Source of the DNA: Deltaproteobacteria bacterium
GTDB lineage: Bacteria; Desulfobacterota; Desulfobulbia; Desulfobulbales; SURF-16
Assembly: GCA_030667965.1 (NCBI GenBank)
Contig: DAOUUW010000003.1
Coordinates: 1-49,154 of the forward strand
DNA length: 49,154 nt
Direction: 5' to 3'
The notes beneath the pieces were generated by a model. That model was not told the DNA's origin and searched no databases. It was given only the letters and a program-made list of their open reading frames with translations. The translations under genes and the position numbers were made by a program. Shown piece after piece: positions 34,919 through 46,062 of this stretch (its first letter is position 1; the number at the start of each line of letters is the position of its first letter).

Positions 34919-36211
34919 CTATTCATTTTTAATTTTTCTTTGTTGTTTTTTTTCCCCCCCCCGTAAATACAGCAGCCATAATGTTCCCGGCAGTAGGAAA
35001 AGAAGGGCCAGTCGCAATACCACAAGTCTCGGTTCCACCCCGTTTTCCAGGGCTGCGCCGGTGAAATAGGTGGACAGGCTCAGTACCAGGGTGACAAGTG
35101 TCATTTCAGCGGCGAAAACCCGACCTCGGAAATGATCTTTGACGATTTTCTGCAGTAATGTGGTGGAGAAAACCCACTGTACGGCGCCGCCAAGATGCCC
35201 GCAGAAGACAAAGAGAGCTGCCCAGGCAAGATTCGGTGACATACTGAAGCAAATATAGGAGGCGGAGGAGACAAAAAAACTCGCGCCAATGGCTTTGCCC
35301 ATGCCTTCTTTGTTTTCACCGAAGAAACGCCAGGCCAGCAGTGGACCGAGAGCGGCGCCAATGCCCCGGCAGCTGTAGAGGATGCCGCTATTGCCTCCTT
35401 GGCCGCCGTTGGAAAAGACCTGCTCACCAAAAATCGTCAGCATGACAAGAATACCACCAGATAGAGCCCAGCCGCTTTTTACCAGGAGCAGAATGGCAAC
35501 TTCCTTATGGCGGACAACATAGTGAAACCCCTCTTTGAGGTCGGTCAATCCCAGGTAACCGGCCAACGATGGAGCGGATTTTTTGAGATTTCTATGGGGA
35601 GGAATTCTGATAGTGTTGATAAGCAGGGCGGAAATGAGAAAAGTTGCCGCATCCAGCACAATTGCAGTCTGCCAACCGAAATAGGCGGTGGTAAAGCCGC
35701 CAAGAGCGGCGCCGAAGGCCAGCATCACAGACCATGTGGCCCCGCCAAGTGCGTTTGCCAGGTTCAGTTCTTCCCTGCGGCAGAGATTGGGTATGGATGC
35801 GCGCCGGGCCGGATCGGCAAAGGTCCAGAGTGATTCCTGTATAAGCGCCAGGGTATAGACGATCCACACATGTTCCGCACGATGGATAAAGAGAAAGGAA
35901 AGGACCACTCCGACTCTGAGCAGATCGCAGCCTAACATGATCATTTTGCGGGGAAAGCGGTCGGCAATGACGCCGGCGACAGGGCCAAGCACACTGGTTG
36001 GGATGAATTTTGCAATAAGAAACCAGCTCACCGCCATACCGGATCCAGTCAATTCCTGCAGCAGGACAAAAATGGCGATGTAATTGAACCAGTTGCCGAA
36101 CTGGCTGATGACCCCGGCCAGCCAAAGTCTGGTGAATTGTGGGTTTGTTTTGAAAAGGGTTCTATAACTTTGCCAGTTATTTACCGATAAAGGTGGATTG
36201 ATTGAGGGCAT
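34919..36211 (-). CDS. MFS transporter (DHA3/MFS_3-like)
   Basis: About 12 hydrophobic segments, GVIADRFPRK motif A, F..PAR.ASIP, RGRVFA. Confidence 0.9.
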   Translation of the reverse strand: MPSINPPLSVNNWQSYRTLFKTNPQFTRLWLAGVISQFGNWFNYIAIFVLLQELTGSGMAVSWFLIAKFIPTSVLGPVAGVIADRFPRKMIMLGCDLLRVGVVLSFLFIHRAEHVWIVYTLALIQESLWTFADPARRASIPNLCRREELNLANALGGATWSVMLAFGAALGGFTTAYFGWQTAIVLDAATFLISALLINTIRIPPHRNLKKSAPSLAGYLGLTDLKEGFHYVVRHKEVAILLLVKSGWALSGGILVMLTIFGEQVFSNGGQGGNSGILYSCRGIGAALGPLLAWRFFGENKEGMGKAIGASFFVSSASYICFSMSPNLAWAALFVFCGHLGGAVQWVFSTTLLQKIVKDHFRGRVFAAEMTLVTLVLSLSTYFTGAALENGVEPRLVVLRLALLFLLPGTLWLLYLRGGEKKQQRKIKNE

Positions 36212-36374
36212 CAGTAGTATAAATTAATGTATAAAGGGTTGAATGGTTAAGAGGCCCGTGGTAAATTTCTTTACTTGAGTACAATTTTAATTGATTAAGT
36301 AATACTTAAATCTTAAAATTTACATTTTTTTGTAGAAAATACCAGTCAATCTCATAATTGGATCGGAGTAAAAA

Positions 36375-37388
36375 ATGAATAGACCCCTTGGAATAACCGT
36401 TATAAGACATATTGTTGACAGCCAGCGTTTGCATCCCGAGGCCACAGGTGATCTATCCGGCCTTTTAAACGAGCTTATTGTTGCAGGAAAAACGATCTCC
36501 GCTGAAGTGAATATGGCGGGACTGGCAGATGTTCTCGGTATGTCGGGGAAAACAAATATTCAGGGTGAGCAGGTACAGAAGCTTGATGAATTTGCCGACA
36601 ATACCATCAAGAAACGCATGGACCGCTGCGGCTATATCTGCGTTATGGCATCTGAAGAAGAGGATGATATTATTCCGGTGAAAGAGGGATATGAGGGGAA
36701 ATATACCCTGGCCTTTGACCCGCTTGACGGCTCTTCGAATATTGATGTCAACGTTAATATCGGTACGATTTTTTCCGTACATCGCCGCCGGTCCACTGAT
36801 GGTCAGGGAGATGTGACCGATCTTTTGCAAAAGGGTCGGGAGCAGGTGGCGGCAGGCTATATCCTCTATGGCTCCAGCACCATGATGGTTTTTACCACCG
36901 GTGAAGGGGTGCAGGGGTTTACCCTGGACCCCAGTGTTGGTGAATTTTATCTCTCCCACGCCGATATCAGGACGCCGGAACGGAGTAAATACCTCAGTGT
37001 CAACGAAGGAAACAGTAAATTCTGGATGAAAAATGTCCGTGATTATATTGATTTCCTCAAAGAGGAGGACAAGGAAAAGGGCAGGCCGTACAGTTCCCGC
37101 TACATAGGTTCACTGGTGGCTGATTTCCATCGTAATCTGATTTCCGGCGGTATTTTTGCTTATCCAAGTGACAGCAAAGATCCGGAAAAACCCTATGGTA
37201 AACTGCGCCTGCTTTATGAGGCCTCTCCTCTTGCCATGTTGATTGAACAGGCCGGTGGTCGTGCAATAACTGATGACGGCATCAATATCCTTGATATCGA
37301 ACCGGCTTCACTACATGAGAGGGTTCCCCTTATTATCGGCAGTAAAAATGATGTAGATGAGGCAGAGGCCTTCTTGAAAGGAAAGTAG
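36375..37388 (+). CDS. fbp: Fructose-1,6-bisphosphatase class 1
   Basis: QKLD, SEEE, FDPLDGSSNID.N..IGTIFS, RYIGSLVADFHR, GKLRLLYEA. Confidence 0.97.
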   Translation: MNRPLGITVIRHIVDSQRLHPEATGDLSGLLNELIVAGKTISAEVNMAGLADVLGMSGKTNIQGEQVQKLDEFADNTIKKRMDRCGYICVMASEEEDDIIPVKEGYEGKYTLAFDPLDGSSNIDVNVNIGTIFSVHRRRSTDGQGDVTDLLQKGREQVAAGYILYGSSTMMVFTTGEGVQGFTLDPSVGEFYLSHADIRTPERSKYLSVNEGNSKFWMKNVRDYIDFLKEEDKEKGRPYSSRYIGSLVADFHRNLISGGIFAYPSDSKDPEKPYGKLRLLYEASPLAMLIEQAGGRAITDDGINILDIEPASLHERVPLIIGSKNDVDEAEAFLKGK

Positions 37389-37392
37389 ATTC

Positions 37393-39084
37393 TTATTTTT
37401 TCCCTTTCACCTTCTCCCAGCTATCCCGCAGGGTAACCGTACGGTTGAAAACCGGTCGGCCGGTTCTGCTTTCTTTGTCGTCCAGACAGAAAAAGCCAAG
37501 TCGTTCAAATTGAACCCGGTCATCGCTGGTGGCGTCGGCAAGAGAAGGTTCAATGCAGCAGCCGGTTAAAATGTCCAGGGAAGCCGTATTAAGATGGGTC
37601 TTGAATTCTGTGTTCTTGTCTCCATCCGGATTTTCCACGTTAAAGAGACGGTCGTACAGCCGCACTTCAGCGGCAAGCCCGTGCCGGGCGGATACCCAGT
37701 GCAGGGTGCCTTTGACCTTGCGGCCGTCAGGGGCTGATCCGCCCCGGCTGGCCGGATCATAGCTGCAGCGCAGTTCAGTGATTTCCCCAGTCTTTTCGTC
37801 TTTGATCACCTCGTCGCAGGTGATGAGATAGGCCGCCCGCAGACGCACCTCCCGTCCCGGTGAAAGCCGGAAGAATTTCTTGGGCGCCTCTTCAAGAAAA
37901 TCATCCTGTTCAATATAAATCTCCCGGCAGAAAGAAATCTGTCGAGTACCCATGTCCGGATTTTTCGGGTGATTGGCGATTTCCAGCATCTCCTCCTGAT
38001 CTTCGGGATAATTGGTGATGATAACTTTGATGGGCCTGAGCACGGCCATGCGCCTGGGGGCGCTGTCGTTAAGGTCGTTGCGGATGGCGTTTTCCAGTAC
38101 GCCCATGTCAATCCGGCTTTCCCTTTTGGCAAGACCGATGGTGTCACAGAAATTACGGATGGACGCCGGGGTGTAGCCCCGCCGCCTGAGTCCTGAGATG
38201 GTCAGCATGCGCGGATCGTCCCAGCCGCTGACATGGTTGTCGTTGACGAGCTGCAGCAGCTTTCTCTTGCTCATCACTGTATAGGTCAGGTTCAGGCGGG
38301 CAAATTCTATCTGCTGTGGATGGCTGGGCGTCTGCAGGGTGTCAAGCACCCAGTCGTACAGAGGCCGGTGGTCTTCAAATTCCAGGGTGCAGAGGGAATG
38401 CGTGATGTTTTCAATGGCATCGGACAGCGAGTGGGTATAATCGTACATGGGATAAATGCACCAACTATCCCCGGTGCGATGGTGGTTTTCATGCAGGATG
38501 CGGTAGATAACCGGATCCCTCATATTGATATTGCCGGATGTCATGTCAATCCTGGCCCGAAGCACATGGCTGCCGTCGGCAAACTCACCGTTCTTCATGC
38601 GGGTAAAAAGATCAAGATTCTCCTCGACAGAGCGGTTGCGAAAGGGGCTCTCTTTGCCCGGTTCGGTAAGTGTCCCGCGGTGTTCCCTGATTTCATCGGC
38701 GCTCAGGTTGCAGACATAGGCCATGCCCATCTTGATGAGTTGTACGGCATAGTCGTAAAGTTTGTCAAAATAGTCCGAGGCAAAAAAGAGGTTGTCTCCC
38801 CAGTCAAAACCGAGCCAGCGCACATCTTTTGTGATGGCTTCAACATATGATGCTTCCTCTTTGCTGGGGTTGGTGTCATCAAAGCGCATGTGGCAGACGC
38901 CCTTGTTTTCCAGGGCAACGCCAAAATTGAGGCAGATGGACTTTGCATGGCCGATATGGAGAAACCCGTTGGGCTCAGGCGGAAAGCGAGTGATGACCCT
39001 GCCGTCGTTTTTATTGTTTTTCAGGTCATCGGCAATGATGGCCCGGATAAAATCTTTGGATTTTGTTGGCTCTTGCGTTGTCAT
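37393..39084 (-). CDS. glnS: Glutamine--tRNA ligase
   Basis: [53 protein letters not shown]. Confidence 0.97.
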   Translation of the reverse strand: MTTQEPTKSKDFIRAIIADDLKNNKNDGRVITRFPPEPNGFLHIGHAKSICLNFGVALENKGVCHMRFDDTNPSKEEASYVEAITKDVRWLGFDWGDNLFFASDYFDKLYDYAVQLIKMGMAYVCNLSADEIREHRGTLTEPGKESPFRNRSVEENLDLFTRMKNGEFADGSHVLRARIDMTSGNINMRDPVIYRILHENHHRTGDSWCIYPMYDYTHSLSDAIENITHSLCTLEFEDHRPLYDWVLDTLQTPSHPQQIEFARLNLTYTVMSKRKLLQLVNDNHVSGWDDPRMLTISGLRRRGYTPASIRNFCDTIGLAKRESRIDMGVLENAIRNDLNDSAPRRMAVLRPIKVIITNYPEDQEEMLEIANHPKNPDMGTRQISFCREIYIEQDDFLEEAPKKFFRLSPGREVRLRAAYLITCDEVIKDEKTGEITELRCSYDPASRGGSAPDGRKVKGTLHWVSARHGLAAEVRLYDRLFNVENPDGDKNTEFKTHLNTASLDILTGCCIEPSLADATSDDRVQFERLGFFCLDDKESRTGRPVFNRTVTLRDSWEKVKGKK

Positions 39085-39095
39085 AGTTTTTTTAC

Positions 39096-39141
39096 CACGA
39101 AATCCACTAAAGAAAAGAAAGAATTTTTCGTGGGTTTCGTG
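39096..39141. repeat. Intergenic palindrome (cacgaaa/tttcgtg arms)
   Basis: cacgaaatccac ... gtgggtttcgtg between the gltX stop and glnS start. Confidence 0.65.
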
Positions 39142-39149
39142 ACTTGTAA

Positions 39150-40631
39150 TTAGTTTTCGAAATACTTCCCGGCATCGCGCAGTCGGGCCACAACCTTTTC
39201 TTTTCCCATGTGGGTGAATAAATCAAACATGCTTGGGCCTTTGACCAGTCCTGTGATGGCAGCTCGGCAGGCATTGATGGGAATCCCTGGTTTGACGCCG
39301 ACTTCGTCGGCAAAATCCCGGGCAGCCTGTTCGGCGCTTTCCTTGGTGAACTCGTCCAGCGCCTCAAAGCGGTCGGCTAGCATGGGCAGCCATTCTTTCA
39401 GGCCGGGATGCTTAAGGAGATTTTTTTGCAGGGCTTTTTCTTCAATATCAAAATCATCGGTAAAATAGGCCCGCCCCAGGCTGGTAAAATCCTTTAATGT
39501 ATGAAAACGGTCGCGGATCATGTCCAGGGTTTTTAAGTACCACTCCTTTTTGTCGCCGTCATATGAGTCATGCCAGATGTCGGATTCCTGCAGCTCCTTT
39601 TTGACCAGTTCGCCGATTTCCTCAATGGGCATGGTGCGCAGGTAATGGGCATTAATGTTGATGGCCTTGGGGTCGGTGAAAAACTTGGGGTCATCCTTGC
39701 GGTAGTTGAAAATGGAGTTTGATTTGTTGATACGCTCCAGGGTGAAGGCCTCTATTAATTCCTCCCTGCTGAAAATTTCCTGATCGTTGCCCGGAGACCA
39801 GCCGAGTAGCACCAGGAAATTCAGCAGAGCCCAGGGAATGAAGCCGCTTTTCCTGTAAAATTGTACGGCAACAATTTCACCGTGGCTCCTTTTGGAGATT
39901 TTGGCCTTTTTCAGGTCAAGGGTAAGCGGCATATGGGCAAAGACCGGCACCTCTGCTCCAAGGGCCTCGTAGAGAAGGATCTGGCGGGTGGTGTTGGTCA
40001 GATGATCCTGTCCCCGGATGACATGGCTGATACGGTCGCGGATATCGTCCACCAGATTGCAGAGCAGGTAAAGAGGTTTGCCGTTTGAACGGACAATGAC
40101 AAAATCCTCGATGTCTGCATATTTGCGCTCGATGCGACCAAGTACCTTATCGTCGTATCCCGCCACGCCATCCTCATCCGGTACTCTGAAGCGGATAACG
40201 TAGGGGATGCCAAGGGATTCTTTTTCAGCCACTTCTTCGGGGCTGAGCTTTCGGCAGGTGCCGTCATATTTCACGTCCTGCTTGGCTGCCAGCGCGGCTT
40301 CCCTTTTAGACTGAAGTTCCTCTTTGGTGCAAAAGCATTTATAGGCCTTGCCTTCATCCAGCAGCTTATTGGCTGCGGCAATATGATCCTGGGAAAAATC
40401 GGTCTGAAAATAGGGGCCTTCATCCCAGTCGATGCCCAGCCAGGTCAGTCCATCAATGATGCCTTCAATGGAATCCTGGGTGGAGCGTTCCGCATCGGTG
40501 TCTTCGATGCGCAGGATCAGTTTGCCGTTATGTTTTCTGGCAAAGAGCCAGTTGAGGATGGCGGTGCGTGCTCCCCCGATATGAAGATAGCCTGTCGGGC
40601 TCGGTGGGAAGCGGACTCGTACTTCTGTCAT
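39150..40631 (-). CDS. gltX: Glutamate--tRNA ligase
   Basis: [36 protein letters not shown] (KMSKS variant). Confidence 0.96.
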   Translation of the reverse strand: MTEVRVRFPPSPTGYLHIGGARTAILNWLFARKHNGKLILRIEDTDAERSTQDSIEGIIDGLTWLGIDWDEGPYFQTDFSQDHIAAANKLLDEGKAYKCFCTKEELQSKREAALAAKQDVKYDGTCRKLSPEEVAEKESLGIPYVIRFRVPDEDGVAGYDDKVLGRIERKYADIEDFVIVRSNGKPLYLLCNLVDDIRDRISHVIRGQDHLTNTTRQILLYEALGAEVPVFAHMPLTLDLKKAKISKRSHGEIVAVQFYRKSGFIPWALLNFLVLLGWSPGNDQEIFSREELIEAFTLERINKSNSIFNYRKDDPKFFTDPKAININAHYLRTMPIEEIGELVKKELQESDIWHDSYDGDKKEWYLKTLDMIRDRFHTLKDFTSLGRAYFTDDFDIEEKALQKNLLKHPGLKEWLPMLADRFEALDEFTKESAEQAARDFADEVGVKPGIPINACRAAITGLVKGPSMFDLFTHMGKEKVVARLRDAGKYFEN

Positions 40632-40776
40632 GGTAAAAACTCCATCTATGTTATTTCGGAATGTGGAATGTGGATTTAGGATTTAAAGAGGGATTTGCAG
40701 AGATTTATGAAGAATAAAATCAACTGGGAATCATCATTAAATCGTGAATAATTAATATGGGAGTGCAGAATTTATT

Positions 40777-40805
40777 AATATACAGGGAGAGCGGCAGACT
40801 GTCAA
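40777..40805 (-). promoter_or_regulatory. Candidate sigma-70 promoter for gltX-glnS
   Basis: Minus strand TTGACA-17 nt-TATATT, ~145 bp upstream of gltX. Confidence 0.6.
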
Positions 40806-40892
40806 AAAATGTTTGAATAGAATGAAAACATTGTGGTAGCATTCAAATAGTAAGTGATTTCCATAACTCCGAATCTGAAAATGGGGTTCGTC

Positions 40893-42017
40893 ATGCGTCA
40901 ATATTTACTGCAGTTTTGGATTGTTTCCTCTTTCCTTATTTTTATTACATCTTTTCTTTCCTCCTGTGATAAGGCCCCGCCGGAGCCGGTTAAAATTGGG
41001 CTTGCCATAAATCTCAGTGGTTGGGGCGGTGCCGCAGGAGAGCATATCCGGGATGGTGCCATGCTGGCCGTACGGGAAGTGAACGACAGCGGCGGCATCC
41101 ATGGCAGGCCGCTTAAGCTGATTGTGCAGGATGATGAGAATAATGCGGCAACTATCAAAAGAGTTGATCAGGCTCTTATTGACCAGGGAGTTGTGGCTAT
41201 TTTCGGGCACAGTTATTCTTCCAATACCATTACAGCCTATCCCCTCGTTACTTCACAGCAAACGTTACTTGTCACCGCCTATACGGCAACGAATGAATTG
41301 AGCGGTAGGGATGATTTCTTTTTAAGGACATCGGTGGACTGTGTTCTCTACGGCAAAAAGACGGCAATCCTTCTCCGGGACAAAGGCGTCAAATCTCTTG
41401 CCGTGTTGATGGATATGAGTAATGAGGGATTTGTGCTTGATTATGTCGATGTGCTGAAAAAACATTTTCCCGGCCGGCTTGTTGAGGTAGGCTTCACCTC
41501 AAGGGAGCATGTTGACTGGCAACAGGTTGTCTCCGATCTTTTGTCCAAGACTCCGGATGGTGTTCTCATGCTGACCGAGGCTGGTATGACAGGAGTTGCC
41601 GCACAGAAACTGCGACTTGCAGGGTATGACGGTCCGTTTATTGCCAGTGTCTGGGCCCAGACGCCGACCTTGTTTGACTACGGTGGAGAGGCCGTTGAGG
41701 GTATGTCGCTTGTTTCCTATATTGATCCGCAAAACAGGCATCCTGCCTATCTTGCATTTGCCGAGAAAATGAAAGAGACCTTCAGGAAAGAGGCAACTGC
41801 CCGTTCTGTAAGGGCTTATGAGATGATCATGATTCTGTCCGACGCTTTGAAACGCTGTGACGGGATAAGTGCGGCAGAATTGAAAAGAGCATTACTGGAT
41901 AAAGAATATGATACCCTCATGGGGCATGTGGCCTTTGACGCCAATGGAGATGTGATACGCCCTGTGTTTGAGATAAAGGTTTCCGGCGCTCATTTTCAAC
42001 GCAGCAGGGAACTTTAG
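40893..42017 (+). CDS. Type-1 periplasmic binding lipoprotein (LivJ/LivK-like fold)
   Basis: Lipobox-like FLSSC, VKIGL...LSG, VNDSGGIHGRPLKLIVQDD, FDANGDV; no permease or ATPase nearby. Confidence 0.88.
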   Translation: MRQYLLQFWIVSSFLIFITSFLSSCDKAPPEPVKIGLAINLSGWGGAAGEHIRDGAMLAVREVNDSGGIHGRPLKLIVQDDENNAATIKRVDQALIDQGVVAIFGHSYSSNTITAYPLVTSQQTLLVTAYTATNELSGRDDFFLRTSVDCVLYGKKTAILLRDKGVKSLAVLMDMSNEGFVLDYVDVLKKHFPGRLVEVGFTSREHVDWQQVVSDLLSKTPDGVLMLTEAGMTGVAAQKLRLAGYDGPFIASVWAQTPTLFDYGGEAVEGMSLVSYIDPQNRHPAYLAFAEKMKETFRKEATARSVRAYEMIMILSDALKRCDGISAAELKRALLDKEYDTLMGHVAFDANGDVIRPVFEIKVSGAHFQRSREL

Positions 42018-44966
42018 ATGAGTCTCCGTCCCTTTGAATGCAGGATCAGGAGGCTGCTGATCCTTATATTTCTTCTTTCTTTTCTTGTTGTTGCCATTTT
42101 TACAGGCATAACGAAATTTGTTGAAATCCGCAGCAGCTATATTGATCAGATGACGGCACAAATGAATATTGCCCAGAATCTGATTAGCGGTTTTGTTTTG
42201 AGGTATGATAACCATTTTATAGAGGTTGCCGATAAATGTCGTGGTTATTCTACCGATGAAGTGGGGGAGAATCTGTTGCAAAGTGTCCATTCCCTCGATG
42301 TGGGTGACATCTTTTACCTGATTGACCATGAACAGCGTATTGTTCTGATTTCCCAGCCATATCAGGACTACGTCGGTATGAGTTTTGTCCATACACCTTT
42401 TTTTGATTCGCCTCATAAAATTTCAGCTGTTCATCAATCGTTTTTTACAAACAAGTCCGTCGTTACCATGCAGTATCCCACAAGCTGCGGCATGACACTG
42501 GTCATTGAAAGGGATATTGTCAATATCATGGGCGCCATGGATTTTTTTGAGAACGGTAAAATATTTTCTTCCCAAATCATGTTTGTTCTGACCAGTGAAG
42601 GTGTTGTTGCCTATCATCCGGATGAGAAACTGGTGCGTAGCCGGCATAATCTTGGCTTTGACATGAAGGAGTGGGCAATGCCCGCAGCCGGAAAATTGTT
42701 TTCGTATGGTCTTGATGGGGAAAAGTTTTTTGCCCTTAAAAAAGAATTTGACCTGCTTAAAGGATGGACGCTTTATTTTTCCGTGCCGGCCCGTTCCCTG
42801 TTTAATCCTATTCTGCAAGCGATCATGAAGCAGTTCATCATGGTTCTTTTCTTTTTTGGAATCTTCTATTTTGTTTTGCAGTTTTTTCTGAACCGTTATT
42901 TTTCCAGGCCGGTAAGAAATATTGTTGCAGCACTCAACGAGTATGAATTCCCACAGAAGAGTATGGTTGTGGATGAGAAACATGCTTTGGGGGTGGAGGA
43001 ATTTGCAGCACTTATTCAAGGGCTTAATGCCATGGCTGCTGAAATAGACCGTTCTTCCAGGGATCTGCGGGAAAATGAGATACAGATACGGTTGCTGTTA
43101 AATTCAACAGCAGAAGGGATTTACGGGCTTGATACCAGCGGAAACTGCACATTTTGTAACAGCTCTTTTCTGCGTATGATGGGGTATGAAAATGAAAAAG
43201 AGTTGCTGGGCAGAAATATGCATCAGCTCATACACCATAGTCACGCTGACGGCAGCAGCTATCCGGTGGATGAATGCCTGGCGCATGCGGGGGTTCTGCG
43301 GGGCGATAAAGCCCATAGTGATGATGAGGTTTTCTGGCGGTCAGACGGCAGTTCGTTTTCTGTTGAGTACCGGTCCTACCCCGTTCTTGACGAGGAAGAT
43401 GTTGTCGGTGCGGTGGTTAGCTTTGTTGATATTACAGAGCGGAAAGAGGCGGCAAGAAGGCTTGAGGCGGAAAAGGAGCAGTTGGCTGTCACGTTGAGAT
43501 CAATCGGTGACGCGGTTATTACAACAGATATTGATGGTCGCGTTGTGCTGGTTAACAGGGTTGCCGAAGATATTACCGGCTGGAGCCAGCAGGAGGCTTG
43601 TGGAAAATCGCTGCAGGAAATTTTTCATATTGTTGATGGGCATGACGGTACGCCCAGGCATAATCCGGTGGACAAGGTGCAGAGCAGCGGAATTGTCGAA
43701 TTGGAGAGCAATACGAAGCTTATTACCCGGGATGGAAGGGAGAGGGAGATAGCCGATAGCTGTGCTCCCATCCGCGACAGGCAGAACCGCATCATTGGCG
43801 TGGTGCTCGTGTTTCGCGATGTCACTGTGCAGAATAAGATGCAGGCAGAGGCCATCAGGGCACATAAACTCGAATCCGTCGGCATACTTGCAGGCGGTAT
43901 TGCCCATGATTTTAATAATGTTCTGACGGCAATTCTGGGTAATATCAGTTTGGTTGAGCGGATAAAAGATTTTGAAAAGCAAAAACCTCTTCTGGCAAAT
44001 GCAGAAAAGGCATGTATGCGGGCCAAAGGTCTGACCCAGCAATTGCTTACCTTTGCCAGAGGCGGGGAGCCGATAAGGGAAACAGCCTCTATTCATGATG
44101 TGATTCGCGACTCGGCAGACTTTGTTCTGCAGGGCAGTAATGTGGCCTGCAATTTCACTATTCCGGACACCCTCTGGTTGGTCAAAATTGACAAGGGGCA
44201 GATCAGTCAGGTGGTGCAGAATATTGCCTTAAATGCCAAGAATGCCATGCCGAAAGGAGGGGTTATTGACATTGTCTGCGAAAACTGGGCCTGGGAAAAA
44301 AATGGAGCATGTCCAGCCCCGGGTAATTACGTCCGTGTTACCATAAAGGACACTGGTATTGGGATCAGTGCGGAAAATATTGAAAAGATTTTTGATCCGT
44401 ATTTTACAACCCGGGACGTGGGCCATGGACTGGGTCTGGCTGTTACCCGTTCAATCATCGCCAAGCATAATGGGTATATCGAGGTTGTATCGAAGCTGGG
44501 TGAAGGAACGGCTTTTATCATCTATTTGCCGGCGGAAAGGGGACATCCAATCCTGGAAAAACACCCCGTCAAGGAAGTTGACGCAAAAGGAGCGGGTAGG
44601 ATTCTGATCATGGACGATGAGGAAATAGTCAGGGATGTGGCCGCCAATATGCTGGGTCTGTTCGGGTATGATGCGCTGTTGTGTGCTGATGGCGAGGCAA
44701 TGCTTGAAATATATAAAAGAGAGACTCGATTGGGCAATCCTGTTGATCTGGTCATCATGGACTTGACAATCCCGGGCGGCATGGGGGGCAAAGAGGCGGT
44801 TGGAAGACTTCTTGAGATTGATGCCAATGCCAGGGCAGTTGTTGCCAGTGGTTATTCAAACGATCCGGTCATGGTGGATTGTCTGAGATTCGGTTTCAGG
44901 GAGGCAATCGTAAAACCGTTTCAAATGGAGGCTTTGGCCGGGGTTGTCAAAAAAGTTATGGAGTGA
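42018..44966 (+). CDS. Membrane hybrid sensor histidine kinase (Cache-like, HAMP, 2 PAS, HisKA, HATPase, REC)
   Basis: Two TMs, two PAS/PAC, GGIAHDFNN, IFDPYFTT, GLGLA, ILIMDDE...MDLTIPGG...KPF; abuts the binding-protein stop (TAGATG). Confidence 0.95.
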   Translation: MSLRPFECRIRRLLILIFLLSFLVVAIFTGITKFVEIRSSYIDQMTAQMNIAQNLISGFVLRYDNHFIEVADKCRGYSTDEVGENLLQSVHSLDVGDIFYLIDHEQRIVLISQPYQDYVGMSFVHTPFFDSPHKISAVHQSFFTNKSVVTMQYPTSCGMTLVIERDIVNIMGAMDFFENGKIFSSQIMFVLTSEGVVAYHPDEKLVRSRHNLGFDMKEWAMPAAGKLFSYGLDGEKFFALKKEFDLLKGWTLYFSVPARSLFNPILQAIMKQFIMVLFFFGIFYFVLQFFLNRYFSRPVRNIVAALNEYEFPQKSMVVDEKHALGVEEFAALIQGLNAMAAEIDRSSRDLRENEIQIRLLLNSTAEGIYGLDTSGNCTFCNSSFLRMMGYENEKELLGRNMHQLIHHSHADGSSYPVDECLAHAGVLRGDKAHSDDEVFWRSDGSSFSVEYRSYPVLDEEDVVGAVVSFVDITERKEAARRLEAEKEQLAVTLRSIGDAVITTDIDGRVVLVNRVAEDITGWSQQEACGKSLQEIFHIVDGHDGTPRHNPVDKVQSSGIVELESNTKLITRDGREREIADSCAPIRDRQNRIIGVVLVFRDVTVQNKMQAEAIRAHKLESVGILAGGIAHDFNNVLTAILGNISLVERIKDFEKQKPLLANAEKACMRAKGLTQQLLTFARGGEPIRETASIHDVIRDSADFVLQGSNVACNFTIPDTLWLVKIDKGQISQVVQNIALNAKNAMPKGGVIDIVCENWAWEKNGACPAPGNYVRVTIKDTGIGISAENIEKIFDPYFTTRDVGHGLGLAVTRSIIAKHNGYIEVVSKLGEGTAFIIYLPAERGHPILEKHPVKEVDAKGAGRILIMDDEEIVRDVAANMLGLFGYDALLCADGEAMLEIYKRETRLGNPVDLVIMDLTIPGGMGGKEAVGRLLEIDANARAVVASGYSNDPVMVDCLRFGFREAIVKPFQMEALAGVVKKVME

Positions 44967-45004
44967 AGGGTTGTTCGTTGTTTCCCGTCTGATGAATCGG
45001 TTTA

Positions 45005-45901
45005 TCAGAAGCCGATTTCCTTTAAAAAATTCCCATCCTTTGACCAGTCTTTCTGCACTTTGACAAAGAGTTTCAATATCACATTGATGCCGAGCAGTTC
45101 TTTCAACTCCAGGCGGGCGGTCTGGCCGATTTTTTTAAGCATGGACCCTTTTTGGCCGATAATAATGCCTTTCTGCGATTTTCTTTCCACACAGATGGTG
45201 GCATGGATGGTGATTTTCTTTTCATCCTCTTTGAAACTTTCAACGATGACTGCGCATGCGTAGGGAATTTCCTGGTTGGTAAGGTGAAATATCTTTTCGC
45301 GTATGATTTCCGCGGCAAGAAAACGTTCGGTGGAGTCGGTGGGAATGTCTTGCGGATAAAGCCTGGGGCCAGTCGGTAAAACTTTCAGCAGTTCATCAAG
45401 CAGAATGTCAGTGCCGTTATTTTTGAGGGCGGAAATCGGTATCATTGCCTTGAAATGAAAGAGATTCTTGTAGGCGTCAAGAATGGGCAGCAGATTCTGG
45501 GGATTGATCAGATCCACCTTGTTTATCAGGAGAATGACGGGATGGCGGACATTTTCCAGATATTTTGTGGCGGAGTGGATTTTTTCAGGCAGGGGGAAGG
45601 TGGTGTCTATCATGAAGATGATGGCATCCACTTCGGTAAGACTGCCCGTGGCAATTTTTACCATCTCCAGATTGAGCGGGCTTCTGGCATTATGAATGCC
45701 GGGGGTGTCAATCATGACAATTTGATAGTTGTCATCGTTGATAATACCAAGAATTCTGTTTCTGGTCGTCTGGGGTTTGGGAGAAACAATGGAAATTTTC
45801 TGGCCCAGCAAAGTGTTCAGCAGGGTGGATTTGCCCACATTGGGCGGTCCGATGAGGGCCACGACTCCCGATTTCACTTGCTTTTCGTCAGGGTAATCCA
45901 T
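45005..45901 (-). CDS. era: GTPase Era
   Basis: GPPNVGKST, KPQTTR, DTPG, NKVD, KH domain SQKGIIIG; SD AAGGAG before ATG 45901. Confidence 0.97.
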   Translation of the reverse strand: MDYPDEKQVKSGVVALIGPPNVGKSTLLNTLLGQKISIVSPKPQTTRNRILGIINDDNYQIVMIDTPGIHNARSPLNLEMVKIATGSLTEVDAIIFMIDTTFPLPEKIHSATKYLENVRHPVILLINKVDLINPQNLLPILDAYKNLFHFKAMIPISALKNNGTDILLDELLKVLPTGPRLYPQDIPTDSTERFLAAEIIREKIFHLTNQEIPYACAVIVESFKEDEKKITIHATICVERKSQKGIIIGQKGSMLKKIGQTARLELKELLGINVILKLFVKVQKDWSKDGNFLKEIGF

Positions 45902-45926
45902 TAAGGTCTCCTTTTTTCTAAAAAGA

Positions 45927-46000
45927 TAACGCAGAGACGCCAAGGTGCAAAGTTGTAAAAGGATTTTTGTTTTTTTTGCGGCTCTGCGCCTTGGCGTTAA
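45927..46000. repeat. Intergenic palindrome with periodic cgcaaag/ctttgcg-type arms
   Basis: acgccaaggtgcaaag pairs imperfectly with ctctgcgccttggcgt; extra aacgcagag unit; upstream of era. Confidence 0.7.
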
Positions 46001-46062
46001 AAAATGCGGACATTATTCATAACTTACCTTAAAACGCCAAAGTTAAAACGTAAAATTTTCAT

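Noticed and set aside
19790-46000. Dispersed palindromes and heptamer tracts considered as CRISPR
   Set aside because: No regularly spaced direct repeats with unique spacers and no cas genes
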